Source: a virus. Taken from it: a stretch of 64,000 nt of DNA. The position numbers were made by a program, and so were the translations under genes. Below the pieces are notes generated by a model. The model saw only the letters and a program-made list of their open reading frames with translations. It searched no databases and was not told the DNA's origin. This document shows positions 63,214 through 64,000 of this stretch, in pieces. The DNA lies in the IMG/VR virus record IMGVR_UViG_3300008954_000005, positions 64,001-128,000 of that record. One strand, 5' to 3'. The stretch's first letter is position 1, and every line of letters starts with the position of its first letter.

Positions 63214-64000
63214 CTATTCCGTGCTACCCCAAGGCGAAGTACCCCACGAGGCTCCTCCGAATCCTTCAGTTGAATAGTAATATGCACGTTCTGCAATAAC
63301 TGTATCGATGTGGACATTACGCTTTTCCTCGGAAACATCAGACCCCATGTACCAAGGCCTATAATTTCGCACGATGACATCATAATATCCTTCTTCACTC
63401 AGTGTTGGAATGTTGAACTCAATGATGTGACCATCACTTCTTTGTCCGGGATCGCTCGCATCTGCTGGGTCTGGCTCTCTGCCAAGTACCCACGTCGATA
63501 GACCGTCCCGTAAAGGGCCTTTTGGGACGATATGTCTACCCTCGTGTACACCTGTCTCAAAGCTCCAGTCCGTAACTAAAAATTCATCTTTGGTTACTGA
63601 ATTACGCATAAATACCCAACTACCCCCGATACTGCCATCGTGTGTAGTTTCTGTCGGTAGTTCAACCCTGGTTGGGTCGTCATTGCAGAAATAGAAGCCA
63701 CAGACACGAAGGTCGTAACCAGAGGACGCCGGTACAATCATCTTAATCGTTGGGGCAGGGATGTAAAACTCTGTGAACCCGTGCGTAAGGTGCTTTGTTT
63801 TACGGGCTTTTACCTTCATCCCGATATGAACATTCTGCAATGCGGTCGCTTCAGCGGGGGGCTCCCAGCCTGTATGCGCTACAGGATTAGCCGCAGATAG
63901 TTTCCCTTGGTCTGCGTACCCCCAAACTAACAGAGGAAGGACCTCTGAAGCGGGCACAATCCCGGAGCCAACACCATCTACCGTAGTCGGTACAGGAACA
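63214..64000 (-). CDS. structural protein with IPT/TIG-like domain (5'-truncated by window)
   Basis: Frame is open to the window end; PAPTIKMIVPASSG...V.G..F...IP....G.YDVIVRN; C-terminal GFGGASWGTSPWG. Confidence 0.7.
   Translation of the reverse strand, partial: VPVPTTVDGVGSGIVPASEVLPLLVWGYADQGKLSAANPVAHTGWEPPAEATALQNVHIGMKVKARKTKHLTHGFTEFYIPAPTIKMIVPASSGYDLRVCGFYFCNDDPTRVELPTETTHDGSIGGSWVFMRNSVTKDEFLVTDWSFETGVHEGRHIVPKGPLRDGLSTWVLGREPDPADASDPGQRSDGHIIEFNIPTLSEEGYYDVIVRNYRPWYMGSDVSEEKRNVHIDTVIAERAYYYSTEGFGGASWGTSPWGSTE

Noticed and set aside
28-64000. Numerous 60-270 aa ORFs antisense to or nested in long genes (e.g. 7221-7976+, 17704-18522+, 46156-46842+, 40903-41370-)
   Set aside because: They are shadow ORFs of well-supported genes, with no recognisable motif and antisense-typical composition.
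1-64000. Eukaryotic giant virus origin, suggested by RNAP, SNF2 and AT-hooks
   Set aside because: Shine-Dalgarno sites, coupled operons, terminase/portal/baseplate genes, DnaB/DnaG/PolA and bacterial-type RNAP motifs all point to a bacteriophage.
1-64000. Stop-codon reassignment, introns, inteins, tRNAs
   Set aside because: Genes are full-length under code 11 and end in TAA, TAG and TGA. Conserved motifs are contiguous, and I saw no cloverleaf in the short intergenic gaps.

Overview
64 kb from a large tailed dsDNA bacteriophage, probably with a contractile tail. It uses the standard genetic code, and I saw no tRNA, CRISPR array, intron or intein. Minus-strand morphogenesis genes occupy 1-23.1 kb: many K-x-A-rich and low-complexity head-associated proteins, a GpA-like terminase, a SNF2 helicase, a baseplate spike, a single-chain fused beta/beta' RNA polymerase and a portal. 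Further minus-strand genes occupy 43.6-64 kb: a giant beta-helix fibre, collar/fibre proteins, a LamG protein and a Gly-rich fibre. Between them is a plus-strand replication/recombination block (23.2-41.6 kb): XRE regulator, SF2 helicase, UDG-like protein, DnaB, DnaG, SSB, PolA, small accessory genes, GIY-YIG, MazG, RecA-like protein, two resolvases, a Cas4-like nuclease and an AT-hook protein. The main finding is an apparently self-contained phage transcription system. The 2077-aa beta-beta' fusion has lost the beta' N-terminal zinc-binding domain and has a remodelled rifampicin pocket. Three plus-strand units each start with the same 20-bp motif (TTTTWGGKATAAGMAYWNTG) and are followed by the identical 12-mer TCTTTTTTAGCT. 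One unit is a hidden two-gene island encoding small membrane proteins, one with a Rho-N/HeH nucleic-acid-binding domain. Also notable are a RecA with rearranged catalytic residues, a UDG lacking its catalytic residues, and an Hc1 histone-like domain inside a P/Q-rich head-region protein. All assignments are from motif recognition by eye; no searches were run.
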